Source of the DNA: Amoebophrya sp. A120
Taxonomy: Eukaryota; Protista; Dinoflagellata
Direction: 5' to 3'
Length of the DNA stretch: 64,000 bases
Assembly: GCA_905178155.1 (NCBI GenBank)
Contig: CAJINV010000006.1
Span: 4,703,795 to 4,767,794 of the forward strand
Below the pieces are notes generated by a model, which searched no databases, was not told the origin of the DNA, and was given only the letters and a program-made list of their open reading frames with translations. The translations under genes and the position numbers were made by a program. How positions within the stretch are numbered: the first letter of the stretch is position 1; each line of letters begins with the position of its first letter. This document shows, in pieces, positions 1-12,271 of the stretch.

Positions 1-99
1 TCCTGTCTCTTAGCCAAATCAGCATTACAACCCCCATTTCTCCTTCTGAGAAAATTTGTATTGCGAGTTTATACTAGTACGATGCTTTTGTAATGCATA
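1..99. mobile_element. Introner family A (right part only)
   Basis: Ends tactagtacgatgcttttgtaatgcata. Confidence 0.8.
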
Positions 100-3000
100 A
101 CAACGGCGGCACCACCATTGATTTCGACGTCTTCTACAAAACACCGAATTTCGGCACCTACGCGCGGTTTTTCATCGTGCTGCTTTTCACTCTATCAACT
201 GTAAAAATGTCTGGGTCTGGAACATTCCGACACTTTTCATGCACGTTTTGCATGAGCCCTGATGTCTGTGATGCATGCCCTAGCATCACAGATTTTTTCG
301 GAGCTTCTTGATGCCTATTCCGCATGACAAATGCCCTCTCCGCGTAGCAAAAATTACATTGCTTTTGGTACTCATGCAATACAGATTTTTTTGGAATCCA
401 AATGCAGCATGACAAGTTGCATTCTTCCAGACACAGACACTTTTACATTTGATACACTCTAGAAGCTTGCCTCCGGTTTGCCATCGCGCCGCAGCGGAAG
501 CAGTTTTGGTTCCAGCCGAACAACGTCGCGGATATCATTTCGGTTTTGCTATCCTGTGCAAAAGTATCGTACTCCCACTCGTAGTTGTATATTGCAATCA
601 TGCATTACAAATTTTTTCGTTTTCCCTAAGGTCAATCTGCATGACAAATTCGATTTCTCAACATGGTGAGGAAATTTGTAATGCAATTCATGCTAGTTGT
701 GCGATGCTTTTGCTTTTGCTATTCATATTTGCCCTACTGGTGCAACAACGTTTGCCAGCTCCACGAGAACCTTTCCGTCTACTTTCACGTGATCAGCATC
801 TTCAGCAGCTTCTTCTGGCTCTTGAAGTTAACCCGCTACTTCTCCGGCTGGTTCTTACTCAGCCGAGCCTTAACGGACGCCGGAAGAGCCTTGATGGTGC
901 CCGTGTTTTTTCTCATGATCGTCGTCATGTGTGGAAGCTCACTGTTGTATCCAGGAAAAAATACACATTCTCATCCATTTTTGGCATTACAAACACTGCA
1001 AATTATGCATGTTTTGCATGACAAATTGGATGGGGATGGGTGTTTTTTCATGGATATGCTGCTCCTCTTCGAGAAGGCGCATGCGGAAAACACGCCCGCG
1101 CCGGTAATTACTTCCACAACGGATGAGGAGGAGCTTTGCCCGGAGTTGTCCGATTGCGTCACGATAGATTCTCTCTTCAAGGCGATTCACTACACGATTG
1201 TGTCTGTCGTCTCCATTCAGATCACCGAGGTTTACGGGAAAGATGTCGCGAGTAACGGGGGGAGAGTGTGGTCGGTGATCATGATGTTTCTCGGTGTGAT
1301 CTTTCTCTCCATGCCGATCGCGATCGTCGGCACCAGCTTTTCGAAAACGTGGTTTGAACAGGACATTATCATAGTGGTCGAAAAAGTCCGGTCCAGAATG
1401 CGGCAGCAGGGGTACACGACGGACGATTTGCGGGAAGTCTTCAACGAACTAGACGAGGATGGATCCGGTTCGATTGAGTTCAACGAATTCAAACGGATGC
1501 TGGAGGCGTTTCACTTTTTTGGGTCTTTGGCCACTTGTCGGAAGCTATTCAACCACTTCGACTGCAACGGAACCGGGTCGATTTCGTACCAGGAGTTTGT
1601 TTGCGGAATTTTCCCCGAGATCATAGACGTAGATGAATTGCTGGAGTATGATGAGGAGTTGGAACATATCAGAGGAAAAAGTGGTAACGTAAACGGAATT
1701 TGTGATGTAGAAAATGCATCACAAAACGTGCCCAAGTTTGTCATGCGTAGCATGCATACTAGGCAAAATCTGTCATGCATATTTGCAATCTATGGAAACC
1801 GTTAATGTTACCGCTTTTTTGTTTGATAGAACAGATGGAGAACGCGAAAAACTCTTCGGGGTCGGCGACGGCAAGTCTTTTTTCCGGAGAAGAGGAAGAG
1901 GATTGTTCCGACGATTCCGATTTCGACAGCAATGATGAAGACGAGGAGGGTGACAAATCTGGAGGTTCTTCCGACAGCGCGTCATTACCCTCTAGCAGCA
2001 ACTCGTCGGGGGCGGGAGAGCAGCAGGGACGAGCTGCTGAGAAGAGGAAAAAGAGGAAAAATAAACGGAGTAGAAGATCAGGAACTACAGCTGGAGCTGG
2101 TCTAGGTCTAGGTGCAGGTAGTGTTAATACCGGCAGTACGAGCATGCCCGGCAAGAAAAAGACAACCTCGTCCTCGGGCGGTGTAACATCTACAGGAAAC
2201 AATAAAGTCGTGAACTTCAACACAAATCTCAACGTGACAAAAACCTTAAGCGCCGAATCCGCCGCGCCGGGTTGGACGTCAATGATACCGACGATCAACA
2301 TTTTCGGGCACACTGCACCGTCGGCGAACGGCAATGCTAATAATGCGGCGAATAGTAATTCTGTTGCAACGACGAATCAAAATTTGACCACTTCTATTAT
2401 GTCCACAGACAGCAAAGCGCTGGGCGGTGGTATAGTTCCGGGAATTACAGCTGGCAACGCAACCACGATGAGTAGTACAACAGCTGCCCACTGCTCTGAC
2501 TCCCTGGACCTCAAAAAGCACGCCTTTTCATCCGTGACGAAGCAGTTTAGCACTGGGAATAATGCTGTCACAAATCAGATTTCCAGTGGAGGCGGTGTGG
2601 GAAGCAGCAATTTCTCCTCCATGATCCACCACACAAATTCCTCTCCAAAAAACGCGTTTTTGAAAAAGGGTTTTCAACGGTCCAGTACCAGTGGCAATTT
2701 GGAAATCGGCGGCTCAGGAGGCGCTTCTTTAACCGGCGGCGGAGCAGCCGGGGGGATACACGGTGGTGGTCACCACGGCGGGTTTAACCAAGACCATCAC
2801 GGAGCAGGCGACATTGGTAACGCTCACGTGAACAAGCAGGGCAGTCTTGGCCGCGGCGGAGGTCACCAGAACGTTGGAACAAGCGGTCCGCCTCGGTTTC
2901 AAAATCAGTTCATGGGCGGTGGAATGAACCGCGGGTACGGGAACATGGGGATGTACGGCTACGGACCGGGAGGCGGTATGGGGATGATGAGTCAACACGG

Positions 3001-3568
3001 GCAGTTTGGCGGGGGCGGGAGTAACAATATCGGCATGATGAACAACGACGGAGGATCTGGAGGAGGCGGTTTCAATAGCAACAGCAACAGCGGTCATCCT
3101 CATCTTCACAACAATTCCACGCTCCAGCAACAACTGTCCGCGAATAAACTACTATGAGAGTCAGTGCACAACTCCCTCTCCCCCTCATTTGTATAGCATG
3201 AACGGCAATGCAAGCATCTGCAAGAGTGCCGGTTTTGCATGACAGATTTGCACCGGATTGTCGTGCTACTTGGGCTACCAGAACTTGTCATGCAAACAGT
3301 ACCAAGAGACAATGCGTGGATTGGGTATTTTGCATGACAAATAAGGGGGAGGGGCGGGGGTTGTGCACTGTCATAACTACAGGCGAAAGTGAGTCTGGTG
3401 GAAAACAAGTGCAAATCGATAGAAGAGGACATGAAAAAAATCTTGAAACACTGTCAGGCGCAGGCGAGTGAGATTGCACGGTTGCAACAGATGAACGTTG
3501 TGATCATGCGGACGCACTCGCCGACGCCCAGTCAGGGAAGTAACAGGAGTGGGATTGTTTGTGCGTGA
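1..3568 (+). CDS. Voltage-gated K+ channel-like 6TM ion transport protein with two EF-hands and a long low-complexity/coiled-coil tail (5' end outside the window)
   Basis: After removing introners 193-454, 550-727, 948-1056, 1667-1828 and 3153-3375 the frame reads LLFTLEACLRFAIAPQRKQFWFQPNNVADIISVLPYW (S2-S3), LLKLTRYFSG (S4 end), S5, pore, S6 FLSMPIAIVGTSF, and EF loops DEDGSGSIEFNEF and DCNGTGSISYQEF. Stop TGA at 3566-3568. Confidence 0.85.
193..454. mobile_element. Introner family B (TIR TATCAAxTGTAAAAxTGTCTGGGTCTGG)
   Basis: DR cactc/cactc. Confidence 0.92.
550..727. mobile_element. Introner family A (TIR TATxxxTGCAAAAGyATCGTACT)
   Basis: DR tttgc/tttgc. Confidence 0.9.
948..1056. mobile_element. 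Introner family C (TATCCAxxAAAAAA..CCATCCCCATCC)
   Basis: DR tgttg/tgctg. Confidence 0.85.
1667..1828. mobile_element. Introner family D (TATCAxAGGAAAAAGTGxTAACG)
   Basis: DR gaaca/gaaca. Confidence 0.9.
3153..3375. mobile_element. Introner family E (TATGA..GTGCACAACTCCC)
   Basis: DR actac/actac. Confidence 0.9.
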
Positions 3569-5513
3569 GTTTATGGTGGAGTTGGTGACGAGAGTGATTT
3601 TCTATAGGCCATGAGAGGCTGTTGACCGTTGCGAGATGATCACGTTCACGACAACGAAATCGTCGGCGTGCACAGTGTTTTTCTTCATATGGGAAAGATA
3701 TTAGTGAGTGTGAATTTACTAGTTTTCATTTTGCACAAAAAGAAAAAGCTCGTTTACATGTCAGGTGCGAAAAAGAATTGGGTTAGGCTTAGCGCAAAAT
3801 ATCGACACACACGAAAAGCAAACTTCGCTTCATAATGTGGAAAAAAAAATATAGAAGAAAGGTATGGGCGACGACTTTGTAACCAACTTGGAAAAAGTTG
3901 AGTTGAAGTATCTCTATCTTTATCTATGGTGGAGCTGATTACTAAGAAGATGCTTACGCAGTTGTGAAAAAGCTACAGACGTCAAGATGTAGTTGTACAG
4001 AACTGCACATACAAGCAATTTCATCAAACTCGGCCGAGCAGCAGGCTCGCAAATCTGCTTGCTTGTTGCGCCTGACAGTCTTGCTCATCAAGATCAAAAT
4101 AAACATGAACTAACTAATATCAGTGTTTGCTAAACCCGAAGGGAAGTGGAAAACGAGACAGCGAGCGCTACTACTAGTCAAGGGGCCATACGCAGTCCTG
4201 CAGCACGAAGGTAAGTGCACATAACTGAGCAGAAGCCAAAAACTGCCTTGAGAGAGTTTGAAGTTGAGAAGTGAGCGTAAAAGCGAAGGGAAAAAGGAAA
4301 CAAGGCACAACAAACAAAACATTATGGCCCACCACTTGAAAAATTATGCGAGTTTCTTGACATTGTTAGCAAACCCACGACCGAGGCAACAAGGAGGGCG
4401 CACGCGGCGAGTGCCTTCGTCATTCGCCTCGGCTGCCTGTGCCAGGGAGGAGTCTCCGCGGCCGGCATTCGTGGTTAATTCGCCCCCCCCCCCCTTTTGC
4501 GTCTTGCGGGCGCCTTTTCCAGGTCGCGCGGCCGTTCGAGCCCAGGCGGCCGGCTTTGGGTCGACATTGTGGCCGCGCGTCAGGCCATTGCGTGGCATGC
4601 ATCTGCATGAACGTCGGCCGCTCCGCGTGGCCGCCTACGATCGCAAAGAGCCACAACGGGCCCTACAGCGGACGGAACGAAGGAGCGCCCGGCACCTACC
4701 CCCGCAGTTGTGTCTGTGGGCCCAGGCCTTGGGATGTTTTCCGGGCCGCGCCGGTGGCCCTCGGGCGCGTTCGTTGGTATCTGCTGCGGCGCCGCGCTTG
4801 TCTGTGTCCCCACTGCCTGGGGGCCGTGGCAGTTAGTTTGTGGGCCCGGGGCCGATCGAGGCCGACGGGGGGCGGGGAATCGATTGCGCGCGCCCACCGC
4901 GCGCCCGGGGCGCCGAGGGTATTTGGCTTGGCTGGGTTGCGATTTTGCTTAGCCTGGCTCTGAGCCCTGGCATTCTGCGGACGCCGCAGCCGGGCGCCTC
5001 GCTCTGCGTGCCGCGGTTCTTCCTTGGCGCGGGTAGGTTGCTACCATTTCGCGCACTGCCAGCCCCGCCGCCCAAGAAAAGGAGACAGAGCGGTGGTTAT
5101 GAATGCCGTGACCAGTGGTGGCAAGGGCGAACATGAACGGGTCCGCGTTCCGGGCAGTGGCCTACCTAAGTAATTGGTCCGGCTAGTGCAAGCCTACCAT
5201 TTCCGCTGGTTTGATCTAGATCTGTGGAAGCTGCATGCGCCAGAAAAGGCGCCCGCTGCTAATATGGCGCCAAGCAAAGCGCCTCGCGCGCCCTGGTGTT
5301 GAAGTTGATGCGCTGTGTTGTTCCTCATGGCCCGTCCTCCCAAAGAGAGCAATACCAATAGTTGACGATCCGGACCACGAACTATTTGCATTTCAATTTT
5401 GTTTTCTGACCGGCGTGCAAGTCATCCTTTTGCTTGCAACAGTGCGGCGTCGGAAGCAGCCTATCTTTGTGATAGCCAGGCGTGGACAACGAACCAAAAG
5501 CTGCAGAAAAAAG

Positions 5514-8500
5514 ATGTCTCGTTCCGCCAGAGCATCTCTGGCAGACCAGGCCTGCTGTACACCGAAGAAGCACCTCCTCCAGAACAAGTCTTCCACATCA
5601 TCTTCGTGTTCTCTGCAAGATATCTTTCGCCAAAACGACGTCGATCAAAACCAAACATCCACCGCCCCCGACGATATCAACTTCCGGTCCCCCGACGTCA
5701 GCCACAAGCAGCGCCTCCGCGGCACAAAACCACTGCTAGATCAACAGTTGGCTGCGAAGGCACTTCTTGTTGGTGAAAAGAATCGAGCATTGGGGGAAAA
5801 TGAAAAACAACTGTCGACGTCGGTAGAAGATGCTGACAAGAAGAAGAACTACCACAATACAAATGCAAATCACACGACGACTTCTGCAGGAGCAGGTTCT
5901 TCCGCCGCTCTTTCTGCGCCAGGCGACTACAGGATGAACAAGAACACTCTCCTCGCCAAAGCAGGCGCCGCCTCCACCTCCTCATCCGCCAACCGTGATT
6001 GTTCCCGAAGCCGCGCCCGGCCCAGCACGTTGCAGTCCGAGCGGTACCGGCGCATGGAGTGGGCGCCCGCGAGTGGATATCGTGAGGAAAAATCCCCCCT
6101 CCCCATGTCAAAACGAAGTTTCTGATGCTGGATTTCCGTACACAAATCAGATTTGTCTTGCAGTAGAGGACTGCAGGCATATGCCAAGCCTCAGTCGAGA
6201 GGTTTTGACGTAGGCACCTAGCATGACAAACGTGTATGCTCTAAGCCCAACAGCGTCACAAACTGCCTGCAAAATGCGGGGCGATCTCTGAACTTGCCTT
6301 CTTGCAAGACAGACAGGATTTGAGGTCACAAATGCTAATGCACGTCACAAATTTTCGGACGGATAAAGTTTTCAATATGGGGAGGGGGGATTTTTCCTTA
6401 CGATAGTGGACGGAAGTTGGAAAAGCAGGGCGTGAAGAACGTGCACAAGTCGCTCTTCCCGAAAAAGAAGCGAAAACGTCGCACCCTGCGGACGAAAAGG
6501 AGATTGGAATTAGCTTCGGGTCCGGGTCGTGCAGAAACAAGATCAGATGCGGCAAGAGGAGCAGGAGAAGGACAGGAAAGCGAAAGCGGGGAGAACGCAA
6601 TAATAAGAAACCCCGGCTCTACTTCATTGGCGGCAAGGAATCCGAATCGGAACAATCGCAGAGGACTACAGCAGGGCGATTTGTTTCCACGCGAGGAGGA
6701 TCTACTTCGTGGAAGAACCAGTAGTGACGACGAGGAGGAGAATGACGACGAGTCCTCAGATGAACTATCAAATCGAAAAATGTCTGGGTCTGGAAGAATG
6801 CAAGATTTGTGATGCTGGTTTTCCATGACCCATGAGGTCTGGAATGCGAGACCCAGCATGACAGATTCTGTGAGAGTTCTACCATGCCTATCCTGCATGA
6901 GAAACTCTCTCTCAACTTGGTCAAAAGCGGACAGCTTTTGGCACTCACGCAACACAGATTTTTGCATCGTTTAGATTTCGCATGACAAGTTCTAATCTTC
7001 CGGACCCAGACATTTTTACATTTGATATGAACAACAGTCTTCTGATTCGTCTTCCGTCAGCTCCTGCTCTTTTCGGTCAATACCACGAGGTGGAACATCA
7101 AATCTAGCTTCGAATAGGGTATTACGGAGCAGTAGATCTCCGTGCTCCTCCGCCCGGGTCTTTCCGTGCAGTGGGAATAGGGAGGAAGACAGGCAACAGA
7201 ATAAACTTTCCCGTTGCTCTTCCGAGGAAGACCTGCTCGAGCCGGTATTTAACAGTGGCTTGCGGGATGTCGGGGCGTCGAAACAAGACGACCGGAGAAA
7301 TGCTAGCAGTGGTAGCCTAGTTTTTCCGAACAACAGGCCGCAGGGTGGACGTCAGCAGGCAACAAGAACAACTTCCCAACTTCTACAACAAAACCCGCGA
7401 CATCCCACCAGACACTCCTCCTGCCCCCGCAGCTCACCCGGACTGGACGTCCAGATCGGAGGGGTTGTGAACAATAAAGGCGGCAAGATTAACAACTACC
7501 ATCGGAAGAAAAAACGGGAGCCGAAGTCCGATATGAAACGAAAGTCCACGCTGGCGCAGCTGTTGGTCGAGGGTGGGTATGCATTGCAAAAGCATCGTAC
7601 TAAGTAGTAATTGCATTACAAACTACTTGCATAGCATTACAAATGAAATCTGTAATGCTGTTTCAGCTTAGTAAGGAGATTTGTCATGCACCATAACAGC
7701 AATTACTACGAGTATGATACTTTTGCAGAGCATAGTGGGTCGAAGGCGAAATTAGTGGGGAAGAGGAAACTGTTTGCGTCGCCGGATGAGGCAGCGAAGA
7801 AGTTGAGGTAAATAGATACGTTTGTGGCTTCTAGTAATTTCAAGCTCTTGCTCTCATGCATCTACTCAGCATGATAAAATGGTATCACTTTTGAAACTCT
7901 GCATGACAAACACCAGCCGCGCCTTCGCCTCTGATGTCGAGTCTTCCAGCGCGGCTTCGAGCGCCGTGAACTCCCTTATGCTTGGAAAAAAACCTGTCCC
8001 CACCCGCATCTGATTTGTCATGCAAAAAAAACATGAAGCATAGCCTGAAATCCAAATCTGTGATGCTCAAAAGAGTTGCGAGGTTTCGGTTTTTTTTCCT
8101 CTGGATATCCCCCGTGCCGAATTTCCAAGTCAACCCCTGGCTCTTAGACGTCAGCTCCAGTGGAGGGGAAGAAATTGTGTCGCCGGCTGCTAATCATCTC
8201 GCGAGGAGGGCACGATCGGTTGGAGCGCATCAACATCCTGTAAATTTGTTTTGGATAATGTAAAAATCTTCAGCAAGCAACACGTCGTCGACGCTTAAAA
8301 TATTATGATGCTGGAATCTTCTTCTTTGTGGGTTGGCAGCTGCCGGCGTAGGCTAACATTCTTGAACAGTCACTGCCAGTACCATTACAATCAACATCAT
8401 CAAATACAGGTTGACGCCAGCACGACGGAGAGCCAATCTAGCATCGCAAATCCTGGTCCGCCAGCTTCTAGCAGTTCCACTGCGACGAGCTCTGCTTGTT

Positions 8501-9675
8501 CTAGCTCCTCCTCCGCGTGGTCCTCGCATGCGGAAAGCAGCAGCGCCGCTTGCTCCACCTCCGGCGCCCAAAATACTAACCCACTCGACCTTCCCTTTCT
8601 CGACCACGTCACGGCAAACAAAAGCAAATCGGTCTCGAAGGACTCCTCCGTGTCCGCACGGTCTGTGTTCCAGAACAGTTGCAGGGCGCTACCTACTTCC
8701 ACGACCGAGTACAATACGCCAATATCGCGACGAACGTCGCTCAGCCCGGACCGACGGCCACCTGCTGCTCCTCTCAGGTGTCGCAACATGTCTTTGGTGA
8801 GCGGGGCCGGGTCTTTGGCCGCGAAGTTCCGGGAGTCGGTTGCAGCGGCACGAGCAAGTCCGTTGGGCAGGTAAGTTTTTTCTTCAGTCGATTTATTCGT
8901 CATGCAAGCAGCGGATTTGTGATTGTGAAACCTAATTAGTCGTCGAGTTTCATGACAAAGAACTCTACAAACTCCATCCAATCAAGGTTGCAACTACTCG
9001 AGGAGAAGTCGCCGGAGGTTGTGGTTGGAGTGTCTCTGTCCGCCGCGAATCACGATAAAGCGGCCGACGTGGTGAAATCGAATGAGGTGCAGCATGACAA
9101 AAAATCCAACCTTTTCCCTCTTTCCCCCTCCGGGTCGAAAAGTTACCCTCCGTCCGCAAGCGCTTCTCCGTCGTGTAATGGAGGGGATGGAAATTATACC
9201 AGTGGTGATGGAGCCACAAATGGATTGGGAGAACAGGTGGTTTTCAGGAAAACGGAACCACTGGAGCCCATGGTAATATGATGAGTTTCTTCTTGGTTCT
9301 GGAGTTTGTCATGCAGAAGTCGTAAAAAAATGTATGTAAATACCAAAACACCAGAGGAATATCAAATAAAATGCAAGGTTGTGCTCAAAACTTGCAAGCA
9401 AGTTTCAAAAATCTTGAAAATGCAACACACAACAACAGACCGGCGCCGTCGTTTCCGGCGGGGAAGTTGTGAAAATTGCGCCGCAAAGCGTCGACAGGAA
9501 GGAAATCTTGGATTTGGTGGGACGAGAGCAGAACATGACGGATTCCGAAAATAACGCGTTTGAAAACCTCTTCAATGGGGGAAAAAAAGCGGTTCGGAGA
9601 ACGAGTAAGAATCCGGGAATAACAAATGACGAAGACGCGCCGAAAAGACGCAGGCTGGAATTGGAAGAGGAGTGA
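5514..9675 (+). CDS. Hypothetical low-complexity Ser/Arg/Lys-rich protein (9 exons)
   Basis: Frame is continuous across introners 6078-6405, 6766-7027, 7578-7734, 7977-8107 and GT-AG introns 7808-7916, 8240-8409, 8871-8986, 9273-9438. It ends ...PKRRRLELEEE*. Start ATG uncertain. Confidence 0.6.
6078..6405. mobile_element. Introner family F (TATCGTxAGGAAAAATCCCCCCTCCCC)
   Basis: DR gtgga/gtgga. Confidence 0.9.
6766..7027. mobile_element. Introner family B
   Basis: DR tgaac/tgaac. Confidence 0.9.
7578..7734. mobile_element. Introner family A
   Basis: DR gtggg/gtggg. Confidence 0.9.
7977..8107. mobile_element. Introner, singleton TIR (tatgcttggaaaaaaacc / ggtttttttttcctctggata)
   Basis: DR tccct/tcccc; frame restored. 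Confidence 0.75.
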
Positions 9676-10564
9676 GTTGGTAAAGGGGGGACGGGATGCC
9701 GGGTAGTACAACATGAGCAACAAAGAAGATTTCTAGATATCGTTCTTTGCGCTTCTTTGTTGTTTAGACAAGTGTGACGATGTTGACTCTAAGGCTACGT
9801 GCGGCCAGCAGCAAGAAATTTTATGATTCGTACAACTTTCCAAATGAAATTTTTTATGGCAAGTGGCCAAAATAACTAACAATAGTGCGGTAGACCCGCA
9901 GGATGAATCAATGACCGTGACGATGTCCTTTCGCATAGAAAACTTTTTAGAACCGAAAAAGCGATAATGAAGAAATCCATATAACTGGATTTGAAAAGTT
10001 AAAAGAATATATGCGCAGCTCGGTAGAAGAACAAGAACGAACAGTGAAGAGTTGTCGCAGAGCAATAGCTTGCATCACCTGCTGCTCAATTTCCTTTTTC
10101 ATAGGCTTGTGAAGATGTTTCATGACTTGACAACTTCGAGCAGTCAAACTTACCTCCTTGTTTCTTGTATCAACAACTTTATAAAACGAATTTACTGACA
10201 ATTATGTGCTTTCATCGCGGATCCATACGAGGAAGATTCGATTTTTTTTGTACGATTTCCACAACACGAAACAGTTTATCGCTTCATTGTAAAATTTGAA
10301 TTTGCAACACCGAATAAGACAACAGTTTTACCTTTGTTAAGCCGCACGCAAACTAGAGGACGAACATCACCGGATGAAGACGCTCCTTGTATAATGTTTC
10401 AGGTGTTCCTTGAGAGGTGAGAGCTGAAGAACAAGGTGGCGACCACCGGGGTCTTCATGATCATGTATAAAAACAGAATTGTTGGAGGCTAGATGATATA
10501 ACCAATAGCAGGGACAGCGAGAGGAAGAGGCGCGGGGGTATAATTGCAGCGATACGAATTCTTA

Positions 10565-10640
10565 TTTTTGGTTCAGCCGCCCTACCATTTTGGTTCAGCC
10601 GCCCTACGTATATTAGCCATTTTGGTTCAGCCGCCCTACC
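10565..10640. repeat. Three copies of ttttggttcagccgccctac
   Basis: Read directly from the sequence. Confidence 0.85.
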
Positions 10641-10879
10641 CAGGATCGGTTGTTGTTCCACGAAGTATGCTAACGCGCCGGACACAGGCACCACTATCGA
10701 TGTAAAATGAAAGGAAAAGAAACTATAGCAAAATGACCGCAGCAGCAGCACGCACGACAAGTCGAGGTCGGGTAGTCCGTCAACGGCGTGATGATTTTCG
10801 TTCGGGTGGTGCGGCCGGACTTTTTGTACTGAGAATTGCATAAAAGGAGGTCCTAGTATTATAGTACTAGTGCGGATGG

Positions 10880-11147
10880 TATCAACTGTAAAAATGTCTG
10901 GGTCTGAAAGATTCGGACGCTTGTCATGCACGTTTTGCATGATCTTGATCTATGATGTCTGTGATGCATACCCTAGCAACACATATTTTTTGAGGGCTTC
11001 TTGATGCGTATTCCGCATGACAAATGCCTTCTCAGCGTAGCAAAAGTTGCATTCTCTTTGGTACTCATGCAATACAGATTTTTTTGGAATCCAAATGCAG
11101 CATCACAAGTTGCATTCTTCCAGACCCAGACATTTTTGCATTTGATA
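10880..11147. mobile_element. Introner family B at a start codon
   Basis: DR gatgg/gatgg. Confidence 0.9.
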
Positions 11148-11148
11148 G

Positions 11149-11670
11149 ATGGTGTGCAGGTCTTTCCTCCTCTTCGCCTTCAATGGCTTCCCAGCCACTG
11201 TCGTGGCTCGCAATATCCGAGTGGATTTCGACGTGCCTCGCTACGGTCCGCGGTGTGTGGAGGCGAGTCTGGGTGACAGCGTCACGTTTCACTGGGACGA
11301 GCACCATAACCTGCACCATTTAGCCAGCGAGAACGACTACCGATTCTGTAATTTCGCGGCCGCCACCAAACTTGCGAATGCCGGACCGAATCCACGTGGC
11401 GTCACCGTGGGTCCTTGGACCACCGCGGGGGACCGCTTTTACTCGTGCTCCAAAATTTGCTCCACGAACGGACACAAGGTGCGCGTGTGCGTAGCAACGG
11501 AGTGCACTTGCAGTGAGGGTGCGATCTACAACGGGGAAAGCAGCTCCGGTGGGAGAAGCAGGAGGACATCAGGGATTCATACCTCGGTTGGAGAACGGTT
11601 TTGTATGATGCTCGCATTTTTTGCTACTGCAGCAGCAGTGCTGCTGAACAAGAACTTGACCTTGGCCTGA
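11149..11670 (+). CDS. Cupredoxin/phytocyanin-like protein with signal peptide and hydrophobic (GPI-like) C-terminus
   Basis: GDSVTFHW..HNLHHL..ENDYRFCNF..GDRFYSCSKICSTNGHKVRVCV resembles the phytocyanin pattern. Hydrophobic N- and C-termini. Introner 10880-11147 sits in the ATG context (DR gatgg). Confidence 0.6.
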   Translation: MVCRSFLLFAFNGFPATVVARNIRVDFDVPRYGPRCVEASLGDSVTFHWDEHHNLHHLASENDYRFCNFAAATKLANAGPNPRGVTVGPWTTAGDRFYSCSKICSTNGHKVRVCVATECTCSEGAIYNGESSSGGRSRRTSGIHTSVGERFCMMLAFFATAAAVLLNKNLTLA

Positions 11671-12271
11671 AATTTTGATAGGACTATCCGATCGGGACGA
11701 GTGGTCGTGGGCATGTTCTGAATTTTTCAACCTGGTCGACGCAGTGGCCACCCTGCACCTGCTGCACTGCACTCACTCGTCCCCGCAGAAAAGTTTTCGA
11801 ATAGTTGCAGACTCATCGATCTCAGTCGACGTCCAGGTTTTTTACACGACCAGCAGAACGAACTTGTTCTGAACTTCGAAATGGACAGCTGTCGTTCACG
11901 TTCTCGTCGTTGTTTCTTCACTAATCGTGGAGCATCGTTACATATTGTTGAGACAAGATGATGAGCGATAGGTCCATGAGGGATCGAGGAAAGAACGAAC
12001 TGGGTCGCCTCTCTTTGTTCCTTTGGAGCGAGCATCAACATGATGAAGATGATCATCTTCATGCCGGCATTCGTTCGTACAAAGTAGTGCTAAAATTTCA
12101 TCGCGAGCGCACCAATACCAATGAAACACTTCGCTCAACACCAATCATGATGATGTGTCGCAGTATCAATCATTCTGTCATGAAGCAGAAGTTGAGCAGT
12201 TTTTGCTCTAGTAAAGGCAGACCTAGCGTTCTAGTAGTTCTTACAGCATCTGCTTATTCGCAGGACATCAA

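Noticed and set aside
158-415. Recurrent short ORFs (MSCCIWIP.., FQTQTFLHL, PDPDIF, CKSIVLV, YPVQKYRTR) as a repeated protein family or transposase
   Set aside because: They are translations of non-coding introner sequence in arbitrary frames and strands, with no consistent start, stop or frame.
193-454. Elements as ciliate-type TA-bounded internal eliminated sequences
   Set aside because: The flanking repeat is a variable 5-mer outside the TAT..ATA ends, the genetic code is standard, and decay towards GT-AG argues for RNA splicing. This is not formally excluded without cDNA and genomic reads.
4258-5136. Overlapping GC-rich ORFs here and at 17236-18324 and 42833-45174
   Set aside because: Stop-poor because of GC content, with no recognisable domains and ORFs open in several frames and strands.
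7809-7811. TAA as the end of the 5514 gene, with a separate gene at 8305
   Set aside because: AG|GTAAAT is a donor that joins in frame to 7917, and the downstream introner and introns keep the frame open.
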